A stretch of DNA of 63,853 nt, filler included, from Reticulomyxa filosa (lineage: Eukaryota > Protista > Foraminifera), in NCBI GenBank assembly GCA_000512085.1. It is 23 parts of 23 records of this genome, joined end to end, with 100 filler letters (N's around TTAATTAATTAA, not from the genome) between each part and the next. Parts side by side here need not be neighbours in the genome. Positions count along the whole stretch, not along the records: positions 24,856 to 28,878 come from ASPP01003693.1; positions 28,979 to 31,946 come from ASPP01023858.1; positions 32,047 to 33,473 come from ASPP01004271.1; positions 33,574 to 35,472 come from ASPP01004110.1; positions 35,573 to 37,744 come from ASPP01009581.1; positions 37,845 to 39,556 come from ASPP01011408.1; 17 more parts are not named here. One strand, written 5' to 3'. A program made the position numbers and the translations under genes. The notes beneath the pieces were generated by a model, which was not told the origin of the DNA, ran no database searches, and saw nothing but the letters and a program-made list of their open reading frames with translations. This document shows positions 26,480-37,981 of the stretch, in pieces; the first letter of the stretch is position 1, and each line of letters opens with the position of its first letter.

Positions 26480-27528
26480 CCAAAAAACAAATACAAGTAA
26501 TAATCCAAAATTGGATTCGAATTTTCAGTGTAAAGTTAGGATGGATTGATGACTTTAATAAAATTATTATTTAATTATGTTACGTTATTTTGTTTTGTTT
26601 TTTGCATTCAAATAAAAAATCTAGTTTTATTTTTAAATATTCACTTATTAAACGTATAGATTAGATATTTTAAACTGATAAGGCTTTTACAAGGACACAA
26701 AGATGTAGTAACAAGTATAAGATTATCAACAGATGGTCGCTTCCTTGTTTCATCGTCAAATGACAATACAATTCGAATATGGGATGTTGCATCAGGAAAT
26801 CTACTTGAACTGTTTAGAGGATATTCTGAACATATACATGCCGCAGAATTGTCACCAGACACTAATACTGTTGTGTCTTGCTCAAGAGAAAATACAATTC
26901 TACTATGGGATACAAAATCAATAAGAAAACCACGAAATTTTTCAGGATACTTCAGACCAGCATCGGATGTGCGTTTTTCTCCAAATGGTAAAAATATTGT
27001 GTCAGGTTCATCTGACGGAATAATCCGATTATGGGATGTAAATTCTGGGACAGTAATAAGAAAAATGATAGACCATTCAAGTGAAGTAAATACTGTACAA
27101 TTTTCATCAAATGGTCAAATGATTGTATCAGTATCTCATGATAAAACAATTATTCTATGGGATGCAAAATCAGGTGAAAGTATAAAAGAATTGACTGGAC
27201 ATTCAGGCTCTGTAATGTGTGCTAGATTTTCACCAGATAATCAATTTGTTGTATCTGGTTCCGCATATGGAGTGTAAAAACAGGAAAAGAATTGAAAATA
27301 TTTGAAGGACACTTAAATTTTGTAAGGGATGTGAAATATTTTTCAGACGGTCAGACTATTGTATCTTGCTCAGACGATAACACAATTCGCATATGGGATG
27401 TAAAATTAGTAATCGAAATACAAAAATTAGAAGGCTGTCGTAGTTTTGTGAGTGAAGTGGATGTATCACCAGACGGTAATATGATTGTGTCAACTTGCTT
27501 TGACAAAACAATTCAGATTTGGATGTAA
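26480..27528 (+). pseudogene. WD40 subfamily B pseudogene with N-terminal module, tandem to the previous gene
   Basis: QIQVIIQNWIRIFSVKLGWIDDFNKIII* (apparent extra T near 26571); WD repeats 26660-27528; short deletion near 27261 (VSGS runs directly into RIW) shifts the frame. Confidence 0.85.
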
Positions 27529-27658
27529 AAAAACTTTCAAATTACAAAAAATTCAATTCTCACTTTAATTAATTATTTTACTAAAGTACTATAACCAATA
27601 TTTTTGATTTTTTCAAAAAAAATTAAAGTGTCCTTCAAATCTTTTCAATTCTTTTCCT
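27282..27658. repeat. 40-bp inverted repeat (arms 27282-27321 and 27619-27658)
   Basis: AGGAAAAGAATTGAAAATATTTGAAGGACACTTAAATTTT vs reverse complement AGGAAAAGAATTGAAAAGATTTGAAGGACACTTTAATTTT, 38/40 identical. Confidence 0.85.
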
Positions 27659-28302
27659 AATTCCGTTGCAACCAGAACTTTTGTTCTAGTTCCCTTGTAA
27701 GTCCAACTCTTATCAATATCAATATTCAACCTTTTTAATGTGCCCTAAGAAACTGTAGTAGGATCTTGCAAATATTAATTTCATTATGAAATTAATATTA
27801 AAAAATTAACTTTTAATTTAATTTTAAATTAAAAATTAAAAATACAACTATTAATAAAAATGAGCAAATCAAAGTTGTATAGGAGAACTATCTCCAATGA
27901 ATCTACTGTTGCGACTTAATGTTGAGTTGTAGTTTCATACGTGTCCCTTCCTGAAGAGACAGCATAATCTTACTTTTTTTGTTTTTTTCATTTATAAATT
28001 TGTATAATGTTAAATAAATGAAAATCTTCAAATAAGCATATTTTCAAAAAATTGTTCAATATTTTTATATTTTTGTAATCGTGAAAAAATGTTAAACTGA
28101 TAAAAAGAATATCTAATTATTATAATTTATTTAAAAGTAATATGTTTTAATGATAAATTTTTATATGTTGAAAAAAAAAATTGTTTAAGTTTTGAACGGG
28201 GATAACATTAAAAATTTGAAAAATTTACTATCACATTTTATCACTCAATAAAAAAAAAGAAAAAAAGTAATCTAAGAATTAATGTATGCTTATTTTTTGA
28301 GA

Positions 28303-28536
28303 CCGAAAGATTTTCTTTGATCCATTTCAAGGCTAAGGAGCAATCGCATGGATTGTGGGCGTCATTGCGACAGCCAAAGCACCAAGCGTGCCCACACTTG
28401 CAAATTATGGTAATGACACTCCCCGGCTCGGCTTTGGCCGCAAACGCAGTCTTTGCCCGGACACCATGCAATATTTTTATGTCCTTCCACAAACGATTGC
28501 ACCAAATATTCGTCAGCCCAAAAAGTGCGAATTTCC
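28303..28536 (-). pseudogene. Ariadne-type RBR E3 ligase IBR-domain exon, frameshifted
   Basis: EYLVQSFVEGHKNIAWCPGKDC [frameshift] FAAKAEPGSVITIICKCGHAWCFGCRNDAHNPCDCSLALKWIKEN; no neighbouring RING1/RING2 exons visible. Confidence 0.7.
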
Positions 28537-28589
28537 TATCATAAATATACAAACACAAAATTTAACCACACAATAAAAAATTCAACAAG

Positions 28590-28878
28590 TTATGTGCGCA
28601 TCAGAGTTGCGCAAATAACCACGAGGCAAATTTATTTTTGCACATCATCGAGTTCCTTTCATCAAAAGGGAAGGAACTCAGCGAATTTGTGCGTGTATGT
28701 TTGCTTCAAGTTGCGAAAAGAACTACAAAGCAAATTTCTCTTCGCACATTATCGAGAATCTTTTCATCAAAGCGAAAGAACTCCGCAAATTTGTGCGATC
28801 GTATTACAAACAAATTATATTTAACTTTGTTAGGTGACGTTGTCGCTTGTTTCGTTGTTCAAGCGTGTATTCACAGTA
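28590..28878 (+). pseudogene. Degenerate ~104-nt tandem repeat resembling Pumilio (PUF) repeats
   Basis: Units at ~28626, 28730, 28835 read ANLFLHIIEF / ANFSSHIIEN / DVVACFVVQA, with frameshifts between units. Confidence 0.4.
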
Positions 28879-29077
28879 NNNNNNNNNNNNNNNNNNNNNN
28901 NNNNNNNNNNNNNNNNNNNNNNTTAATTAATTAANNNNNNNNNNNNNNNNNNNNNNNNNNNNNNNNNNNNNNNNNNNNTATATATAATATATATATATTA
29001 TAATATTATATATATTATATATAATATATATAACATATATTATATATATATATACATATATATAAACAGACACAAAA

Positions 29078-29489
29078 CTTGGGTGTATTTGTACTCCAAT
29101 GCCTTCTTTTCTTTTGATAACTCTGTGAGTTGATCTTGAATGACACCATTTGTAACGCCCAAAGTGTCGACTTGCTTTTGCAACTCGTCTATTTTTTGTT
29201 GGTATTTCAAGATCGCATCTTTCATGGTGTTGCGCAGATTTGCAAACAACACCTTCATCCCCTCGGTCGACTCGTCCACTGCTGCATCTGACTTGCTTCT
29301 GCACCATACATTCACCCCCGTTATCATCAACACAAACACTAACAGCTGTATCACCACTGTCAATCCCCATCCCCACCGTCCCGCCTTCCTACAGGGCACT
29401 TGGCACCACAGGCACGAATGATAACACGACGACAACCAGGTCAACCAACTCCCAGCCTCTCTCTTAGGTCGAGTGCGAATGTAATACAT
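29078..29489 (-). CDS. Hypothetical coiled-coil protein fragment
   Basis: SKSDAAVDESTEGMKVLFANLRNTMKDAILKYQQKIDELQKQVDTLGVTNGVIQDQLTELSKEKKALEYKYTQ, then GT donor and (TA)n intron. Confidence 0.45.
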
Positions 29490-30093
29490 TACCTAAGCTT
29501 AGAGGGCGTCTGATGATCTTTTTTCAAGGGGCACAATTTTTTATCAAATTTTTCGTTCTTTTGTTTTTAAAAACACTGCTGGCAGTGAAATGACATATTC
29601 AAACATTGATATTAAAATTACTATCAGAAACCAAAGCAACTAAATTAGTTCAACTCAACATACATTCAAACTCTTCTTTCTTTTCATTCTCCTTCAATGG
29701 CGCTTTTCTTTCTTTTTGAATTGGATTGATGTCTATCCACCTAATTCAATGTTGAAAAATTACATTCTTTTAACTGAGTTAAATCATAAATTGCATGACA
29801 TTTTTTGTCTAAAAGCAAAGGAAATCCTGAAAGAATTAAAACCTATGTTATAAATGATCTCTTTTTTTAGTTGAAGATAATATGATCATTTTTCCAACTT
29901 TTTTCTAATAATACTCAATAAAATAATCATGGCCTAAATGTCCAATATTCAATCCATTACATTTGATCGAGAATATTGCATACTTTTATTTGTTTGAAAT
30001 TTGTAGAGCAAATGAAATGCACCATTTCATTCATTAACACAGCATTTAGTGTATACAAAAAAGAACTGCAAATTAAATGTACTTTTTTGAAGG

Positions 30094-30171
30094 GTTTTTT
30101 AAAGACCCTTGATTAGTCCAAGAAAAAAAAGCTGAAATAGTTTTTCATCCGAGATACTGTCAAAAGAAAAA
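30094..30171 (+). promoter_or_regulatory. Conserved upstream element of WD40 subfamily A
   Basis: GTTTTTT-N5-CCCTTGATT-N24/25-AGTTTTTCATC-NN-AGAT...TCAAAAGAAAAA also present upstream of the paralog on the minus strand at ~18987-19076. Confidence 0.55.
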
Positions 30172-30183
30172 GGAAAGAAAAGA

Positions 30184-31487
30184 ATGTTCTTGACTCTTTT
30201 TAGAATGAAACAAACTTCGACTCAATCATTGGTAAGTTTCAGTTCCAATTTTTTTTTTTAGGGTAAACTTTTTTGTGTCTAAATCAGTCAGAGGAAGAAA
30301 AATTTGAAATGGTTATTGAGAATTGGATTAGAATATCGAATATTAAATTAGGATGGATTCATGACTTTAATAAGCTTGTTGTAAATTATGTTAAGTTTTT
30401 GTGATATAATTATAATTATAATTATTATAATACATATTTTTAATATATAAAAAAGGCAACAACATTCTTCATGGTCGATTCATTTTGTTTAAAGGCAAAA
30501 TTACTTAAAACATTGAATGGACATACCAATAAAGTATATAGTATTGATTATTATAATAACTTAATTTGTTCTGGATCAAATGATAAAACAGTTCGTGTAT
30601 GGGATTTAGAAAAAAATGAAGAAATAAAAAGATCTACTCAGCATGCAGAATATATAACTTGTGTAAAATTTTCATTATATGATTATAATAATAATAAACG
30701 TAATGTTATTTGTTCTTGTTCAGATGAAATTATTCGTTTTTGGGATTTTAAAAATAATGAACAATTTAGAACATTAAATGAACATACAGGTGCTGTTTGT
30801 GCGATTGACTTATCATCATTTAATAATGGCAAATATTTATGCTCTGGATCTGGTGATCGTACAATTCGTTTATGGAATATTGAAACATCAAAATCATTAC
30901 ATATTTTTAATGGACATAATGGTGTTGTTTGGTGTATAGATTTTTCACCATTACAAAGTAATACAGATAATAATAATGTTGGTATTATTGGTGGTAATGG
31001 ATATACTATTTGTTCTGGATCATTTGATAAAACTATTCGTATATGGGATATTGAAACAACTAAAAAATTAATTACATTTAAAGGACATCAATGTTGGGTT
31101 AGAAGTGTCAAATATGGAATTAATGAATTAAGGAATACAATATTATCTGGATCAAATGATAATACTATTCGTTTATGGGATATTAGATCTGGTAAACAAA
31201 TCCAAATATTTAATGAACATAAAGACGCAGTTATGATTGCTAAATATTCACCATTTATAATTAACAACGATGACAACAATGTTAATAATGTCTCAAATAT
31301 ATTATGTTCTGGATCATTAGATAATACAATTCGTTTTTGGGATATTCGATCAAATAAAGAAGAATTATATACTATTAAAGATTGTGATGGAATATATTGT
31401 CTTAAATTTTTACAATTTAAATATAAAAATTATGGTGTTCATTTATGTTATGGTACTTTGAAAGGATTTATTCGTATTTGGGGATGA
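30184..31487 (+). CDS. Expanded-family WD40 protein (subfamily A), intact, 3 exons
   Basis: Exon 1 (ATG 30184 or 30205)...QSL|; module exon 30288-30389 SEEEKFEMVIENWIRISNIKLGWIHDFNKLVVNY; exon 3 30456-31487 with WD repeats ending HLCYGTLKGFIRIWG*. Confidence 0.92.
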
Positions 31488-32279
31488 AAATACGGAAAAT
31501 ATTGAGAATATAGAAAATATGTTAATATGCCAATAGGATTTTCAATTGAAAACTTGTAGTATTACTTTTTTTATTGAAAGCCAAATTCTTTTTTCAGAAC
31601 ATAAAAATGTAATATTGATTTTTTTATTAATTTGTCATAATCGATAATGAGTAATATCAAAGAAACAAATATAAAGCAAAGTTATTACAGAAATTTTATA
31701 TTTAAAAATTACAATTTGGTTAAATCGCTTTTTGTCTTGTGTCTCTTTGTCAATTTTTTCAAATTCTAATTCAAATTGTTTCTAAAGTTCTTCTTTTGAT
31801 CTGAATGGTCCATTTTTGAATATTTTTGTTTTTATATTCATGACTTACATGGAAATTTTTTTTGCAACTTTGAGCGAACTCCAGTCCTAAGCAACAGTTC
31901 AACAGCACGCCTTTTGTTAAAATTATAAATCATTTAGCAATTTTTTNNNNNNNNNNNNNNNNNNNNNNNNNNNNNNNNNNNNNNNNNNNNTTAATTAATT
32001 AANNNNNNNNNNNNNNNNNNNNNNNNNNNNNNNNNNNNNNNNNNNNAAATAATTAAAAAAAATGACAATGTGAAAAAGGAAAAAAAAAAAATAACAATTG
32101 GAAAAAAGAAAAAATGAAAAAAAGAAAAAAAAGATAAAGAGAAAAAGAAAAAAAATATAAAAAAGAATGCAAAAATTTGAAAAAAATGAAAAAGAAAAAA
32201 AGAACGATGGCGCCGACGAATGAAGCTAAGCGGTGTGGAAATTGGCACGAAGTGAAAATCTAGGAGAATGATCGATCAA

Positions 32280-33473
32280 GCAAAATTTTGTGTGCGTGCT
32301 AGTATGCGCAATTTGGTATTGGATATTCAGAGCAAGCTCGCCAGAAAAAAAGAAGAGTTGTTATATGGCGCAAATGTGGAAACGATATTGATATTACGTC
32401 GTTACAAGTGTGGCAGAAACTAGATTGGCCGAAGAAGTGAATTTCAAAGAAAAGATTGCGGACGTCGTTAAGAAATAATCAACATTGCGACCGAGAAAAC
32501 CATTACACCAGTAGCATCGTTCAATGTGGTCGTTTCTCAATTTGTGCGAAAACCAAGAACCAATAAGCAGAAGATAAAGAGAATACCTGGTTGGATTTGT
32601 TTTTGTTTGTTTTTTTAATAAAAAAACTAGTCTTCCTGCATTGCTGAATTTTGTTATGAAATTGTCGTTCATGTTCGCAAATGGCGACATTGCGCGTTTC
32701 CAACATGTACTAATTTCCTACAGCGCGTCACAATGGAAGAAAGCAAGAAGAACAGCGAAAAAATCTCCAATAATAAAAAAGAAAATATGAATATCGCCCT
32801 CCCTTGAACCGACAATCCAAAAGTTGCCGAATTGACGTATGGTGATGGATGCGAGAATTATCAAGAACAGCCATTATTCAAGGCTAAAGTGTGATCCCTT
32901 CGTCACAATAACGATAAGAGAGAAATTCGCCTTTAGAAGATATCATTACACGATGGCGTTGCAACAGTCGAACAAAGTTATCACAGTTCGATCACTGGAC
33001 AATCTGTATCTTGGCCGCTCGACCACAAAAGCAAGATTGCTGAGAAGAAAAACAAAAGGTTGCATATATCGTTTCCATTTTATGTGATTACCGCATTATA
33101 CGTTATCGCAACAGCAGCAAGGCTCTGGATTGGCCGAAGGAGTGAAAAAAAGCAAAGGAGATGACGCTGACATTGTTATTAAATGATCATACATGGTGGT
33201 CGAGTAAATCTACTATTACATGGGACTATTCTTTCGAGGCCGTGATTTAATTTGGCTAAGGAGTTTTGCGAGGCACAAGTCAAGATCCAGCAAACAAGGA
33301 GAATAGAATAATGATGAAGAGGATGATGATGAAGGAAGAAAAGTACTCGGATATCATATCACGTTGGATTAAAAAAAAAAGACAGTCGGATTTGCTGAAT
33401 TCGATCATCTGGAATTGCTATTCATAGTTGCAAGTGGCGATTTTGCGCATCCTTTAACATGGACGAATTTTAC
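32280..33473 (+). pseudogene. Decayed gene with an internal ~700-bp-period duplication
   Basis: 32390-32720 and 33095-33473 share GATTGGCCGAAG[AG]AGTGAA, GTTGGATT, TTGCTGAATT, GCAA[AG]TGGCGA; peptide remnant LDWPKE...EMTLTLLLNDHTWW; many stops. Confidence 0.5.
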
Positions 33474-35687
33474 NNNNNNNNNNNNNNNNNNNNNNNNNNN
33501 NNNNNNNNNNNNNNNNNTTAATTAATTAANNNNNNNNNNNNNNNNNNNNNNNNNNNNNNNNNNNNNNNNNNNNACCATCATTTCAAAACTATTTCTCTTT
33601 TCTTACACAAAATTTTGGCTGATTGCACGATTACTAGTGTAATCAAAATTACATTTTTTAAAATACTGCTCAAAACATTAGTTATTAATATTATAACTAT
33701 TGATTTTAAAGTAAATGAACTTAAGTTACCAAAAAGATAAAAACCTTTAAGTTAATGATGATATAAATAAATACAATTAAGTATTTGTATAATCAAAACA
33801 TGCGAATACTAATGTAGGGCAAGGCCCTAACAGTGCAAAGGAAAGTTCCTGAGTAATTCAGGAAACCCCTTTTTTACAACAACTTACCTTTTCTTCCAAC
33901 TTCTCTTATTCTCTTGTTATTGTCGTTGTTGTTTTATATTCTTCTTTTGTTTAAACTAATTTTGTTTTTGAAAGATTGCTTAAAGAGCAACTATTCGTGT
34001 TACACTTGACATTTCAGTCTAGACAAGCTAGTCAACTTCCTACACTAAAATAGTGAAAATATTAAATCAAGTAACTTAAAAATTAAATAAAATAATTACA
34101 ATTATCAATACAGCAATTATAGCCGTTGATTCAAGTATGCAATTATTTATAGTTAAAAGATCAAATGTGTCAATATGTATTACATATAATTAATGGGCAT
34201 GTTGTCCATCTTCAAAATAATATAAACAGATTTCATTTGAAGGCATAGCTGATTTTTCAAATCATTCATTCTTCAACATATTTATATCAAAGTTTATTAT
34301 AACATTGTTAATTAGAATTAACATTCAAATTGAAAGAACATAGATAATGTTTGCAGTTTTATAAAAATATTTAAAAGATAACATGAAAATAATCACAATA
34401 ATTGTTTCAATATGTATGCATTTGAAAAGAAATTTTAAAAGCAAAAAAAAACTGAATATAGTTAAAGTTAGATTGTGTTAATTTCTGTGTAAAATTTAAA
34501 AGTGAGATATTAAGAAATTGTTGAATATTTACTAATATATACAATATGAAAGAGTTTTGAAGCATTATCGCTTCACATTAACAAGAAATCGAACTTGATT
34601 AGTTTTAGAATACAAGACATCGTATCCTGAAATTAGAATAAAAGTTCACAGGCTATACTGTAACAACAATCTAAATTGAACTTTAGATAACCTTTTTTGC
34701 GTTGATTATACTTATCTGTTTTTCTATAATGATAATTTATAATCAATTGGAATATCACAGTGTTGCTCAACGCTAGTTGCAATAAATTAGACAAGAAGTT
34801 CTTTTCGAAACTATAAAATCTGAATGTTTTACACGCAAAAAGGAACTGAGAAAAAAATGATTTTGGAACGAGTTTCGTCAAATGCGAAATAATAATACCA
34901 GATGTATGAATCACAAACAATGGTAAACGAGAAAGATAACAAAAAACGGTGTAAAGAAAAAAGGAAAAAGCCAACACTTTTTTGTGTGTATGTGAGATAA
35001 TACTCAAAACCATGAATAAAAATAATAACACTAATATTGGGAAAAAACAATTAAATGTGTCAAGGACATGTACAACATACTAACTTTTTCACCAAAGCAA
35101 ACACCATACACACGCAAAAAAAGAAAGAATAACCAATCAAATCTGCAAAACAAAAACAAAAAAACCAAGAGGGAAACCCAGACCTCACTAAACAACGAAT
35201 AAACTATAAAAACCGCAACACACAATAACAGCTCATGCGGCTTATCGAATTCCCCTCCAGCCCTGCAAACAAAAGAGGAAATAAGAGGAAAAAAAAGAAA
35301 ACAGCAAAAATGTATTCACATTTCAAATTCCATACCAGAGCAAAAAAAAAAGAAAAAACTAACATTTTTACAACTTATTTCATCTTTTCTTGTCGTCCAT
35401 ATCATTTTTTTAAAAAGTAAATGAACCTTATTATTGATTCAATGATTTCATAATCTCATCCTACTTTTGCTGNNNNNNNNNNNNNNNNNNNNNNNNNNNN
35501 NNNNNNNNNNNNNNNNTTAATTAATTAANNNNNNNNNNNNNNNNNNNNNNNNNNNNNNNNNNNNNNNNNNNNAAATTATTTCAAAGAGAATAAAGTTAAT
35601 TAAAAAAAAAAAAAAAAAAGAAAAAGTCTTTTGATATGTATACGTGTATGTGTATGTTTTTATATGATATGGGAACATTGGCGACAG

Positions 35688-36579
35688 TGACTTATATTTG
35701 ATCCATTGGCCCATCACATTCGAACGTGGTGATGTGTTATTTCCAACGAACAAAGATGGCTCAATGCGATATGGTGAAGCATATCCATTGGAGTCCACAT
35801 GGAAAGCCATGGAACATTGTGTCGAATTGGGATTAACAAAACACATTGGTTTGTCAAACTTTAACTCAAAACAAGTTTGGTTACTTTTTTTTTTTTTTTT
35901 TGTAATAGAATAATGATCCCCTCCTCCCTTTTTTTTTTTTTTCTTATATCGACAACAATTAGCATTAAAATATAAATATATAAAGATATTGCACATAATC
36001 AAAAATGGTAAAATTCGTCCTGCCGTTTTACAATGCGAATCACATCCATACATGACCCAAGAGAAATTGATCAAATTTTGCAAAGATGAGGGCATCACGT
36101 TTACTGCTTATTCGCCGTTAGGCTCACGCGACCGACCTTGGGCGAAATCAGACGACCCATCTTTATTCGATGACTCGTACTTGAAAGATATTGCCAAAGC
36201 GAAGAACACTAGCATTGCCAATGTTAATGTAGCAGTCGTTTTCGTCTTTTTGATTTGAGAGGAAAGGAAGGGGGGTTCCCCATTATATTTTTAAAAAATT
36301 CTTTAAACTCTATCTTTTTTTTTTTTATAAAAAAAACAGATTTTGATTCGCTATCAAGTCCAACGTGGGGTAACAGTTCTCCCCAAATCCACTCACAAAG
36401 ATCGGATTAAAAGCAATTTGGAAGTGTGGCACTTTGAGTTAAGTGACGAAGAAATGCGTCACGTTGGATCATTGAACCGCAACTGGCGCGCATGTCTTCC
36501 AACTGTTCGGCTAGCTGATGGCAGCATTGTTTCCAGAGATGATAAACATTCTTTCTGGCCTTTTAAAGAAGAATTCTAA
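35688..36579 (+). CDS. Aldo-keto reductase (AKR1-like), last three exons
   Basis: DLYLIHWP; TWKAMEHCVELGLTKHIGLSNFN; LQCESHPY; FTAYSPLGS; VLPKSTHKDRIKSN; WPFKEEF*. Confidence 0.93.
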
Positions 36580-37144
36580 TCCCTTTTGCACTTTCTTTCA
36601 AATTAGCGCTATCATCTTTGTCTATATGCACGGCTTGTGCGCGTTGTTTTGTGTTATTTTTATAATTACATGTGCGATCAAATAATACAATTCACTTTAA
36701 AAAATTCTAATGAATAAACGATGGATTGAGCCTTTATTTGCAATAATATCCTCATTCTTCTACATAAAATCGTTCTTTCATATCAAATGGGTCATGTATA
36801 CCATCACAAACAAAAACAACCTTTCTCTAAGCATCTGTCTTTTTGGTGATTCTGTTTTATAGTTTCTAACGATTATGAGACAAACAGCAGAAGAAATTGT
36901 CAAAACAAAACATTTCATCGAGTGTTGACAACAGCAACGATACTTAAAAAAAAAAAAAAAAAACGCTTCATTTCATCAAAAACGAATACAAACGCAATAG
37001 TTGGAAATATTTTAACATAAATTCAAAGTGGTGAGTTTTCAAGTGAGAAATGCGGAAATAGCAGATAAAAATTAAATGAACAGTATTTTTTTTTTGTCGT
37101 TGCTGCAAGCCAGATGGAACTTTGAATCTCAAACTGGAACTAAG

Positions 37145-37744
37145 ATGAGCAGGTTGGTGAAATCATTTGCCCATGCACTACCTGCGATAATCCCAATAGG
37201 TCGTACGTTGGGACATGTAAGTTGGTTTAATCATCGTGCTCAAGTGCCGTATGGATTTATATTGGCCGTCAACGACCACCGAATACTGTACTTCTTCACA
37301 CTTCAGGACATTGTATCGAGAGACATGCCGTTTGTTCACGTGAATGACATAGTGGAGTTTTCCATTGAAAAAGTGGAAAAGGGTGAGGAAGAAAAAAAGT
37401 CGGAGACAGAGATATTGTCGGGACAAAGCAAAGCTATAATGTATTATGCAAGACGCATAACAGCCCCTCAGGGTAGGCCATTGCAATTTTATAGAAGTCA
37501 GTATTGGCAAAATAAACAAGAAGATAGTTTCGACCCCGCACAGCAGCAAAAGCCATTGTGTCAAGTCTCGAGCGTGATTCACCGCAACAAGAGAATCCAA
37601 GGTGTAGTGCATAGTCAACGAGGAGAGTATGGTTGGATAATTCCGGAAATTTCCGACTGGAAAGCATATAATCTTAAGAAGATTATGTTTCATATCACAC
37701 AAATCCATGTCATTTTTGTTCATTACTTTTTTATTTTTTTTAAT
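37145..37744 (+). CDS. Tandem cold-shock/OB-fold domain protein (3' end cut)
   Basis: LGHVSWFNHRAQVPYGFIL...YFFTLQDI...VNDIVEFSI...ARRITAPQGRPL; second domain IQGVVHSQRGEYGWIIP...IMFHITQI. Confidence 0.65.
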
Positions 37745-37981
37745 NNNNNNNNNNNNNNNNNNNNNNNNNNNNNNNNNNNNNNNNNNNNTTAATTAATTAA
37801 NNNNNNNNNNNNNNNNNNNNNNNNNNNNNNNNNNNNNNNNNNNNTTTATTTTATTTTATTTATTGTTGCTTTTTTTTTATTTTTTTTTTTTTTTTTTAAG
37901 TTTTCGGATTTTTTTAAAAATTATTATTTCTTGCACCTCTTTTTGTTGTGTGTGTGTGTGTGTGTATTGCATATTAATAAG

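Noticed and set aside
27930-27970. CTGAAGA near TTTC as a hammerhead ribozyme core
   Set aside because: No correctly placed stem II and downstream GAAA on either strand.
34633-35420. Several Phe/Leu-rich minus-strand ORFs
   Set aside because: Explained by strong A-rich strand bias; no consistent exon structure.
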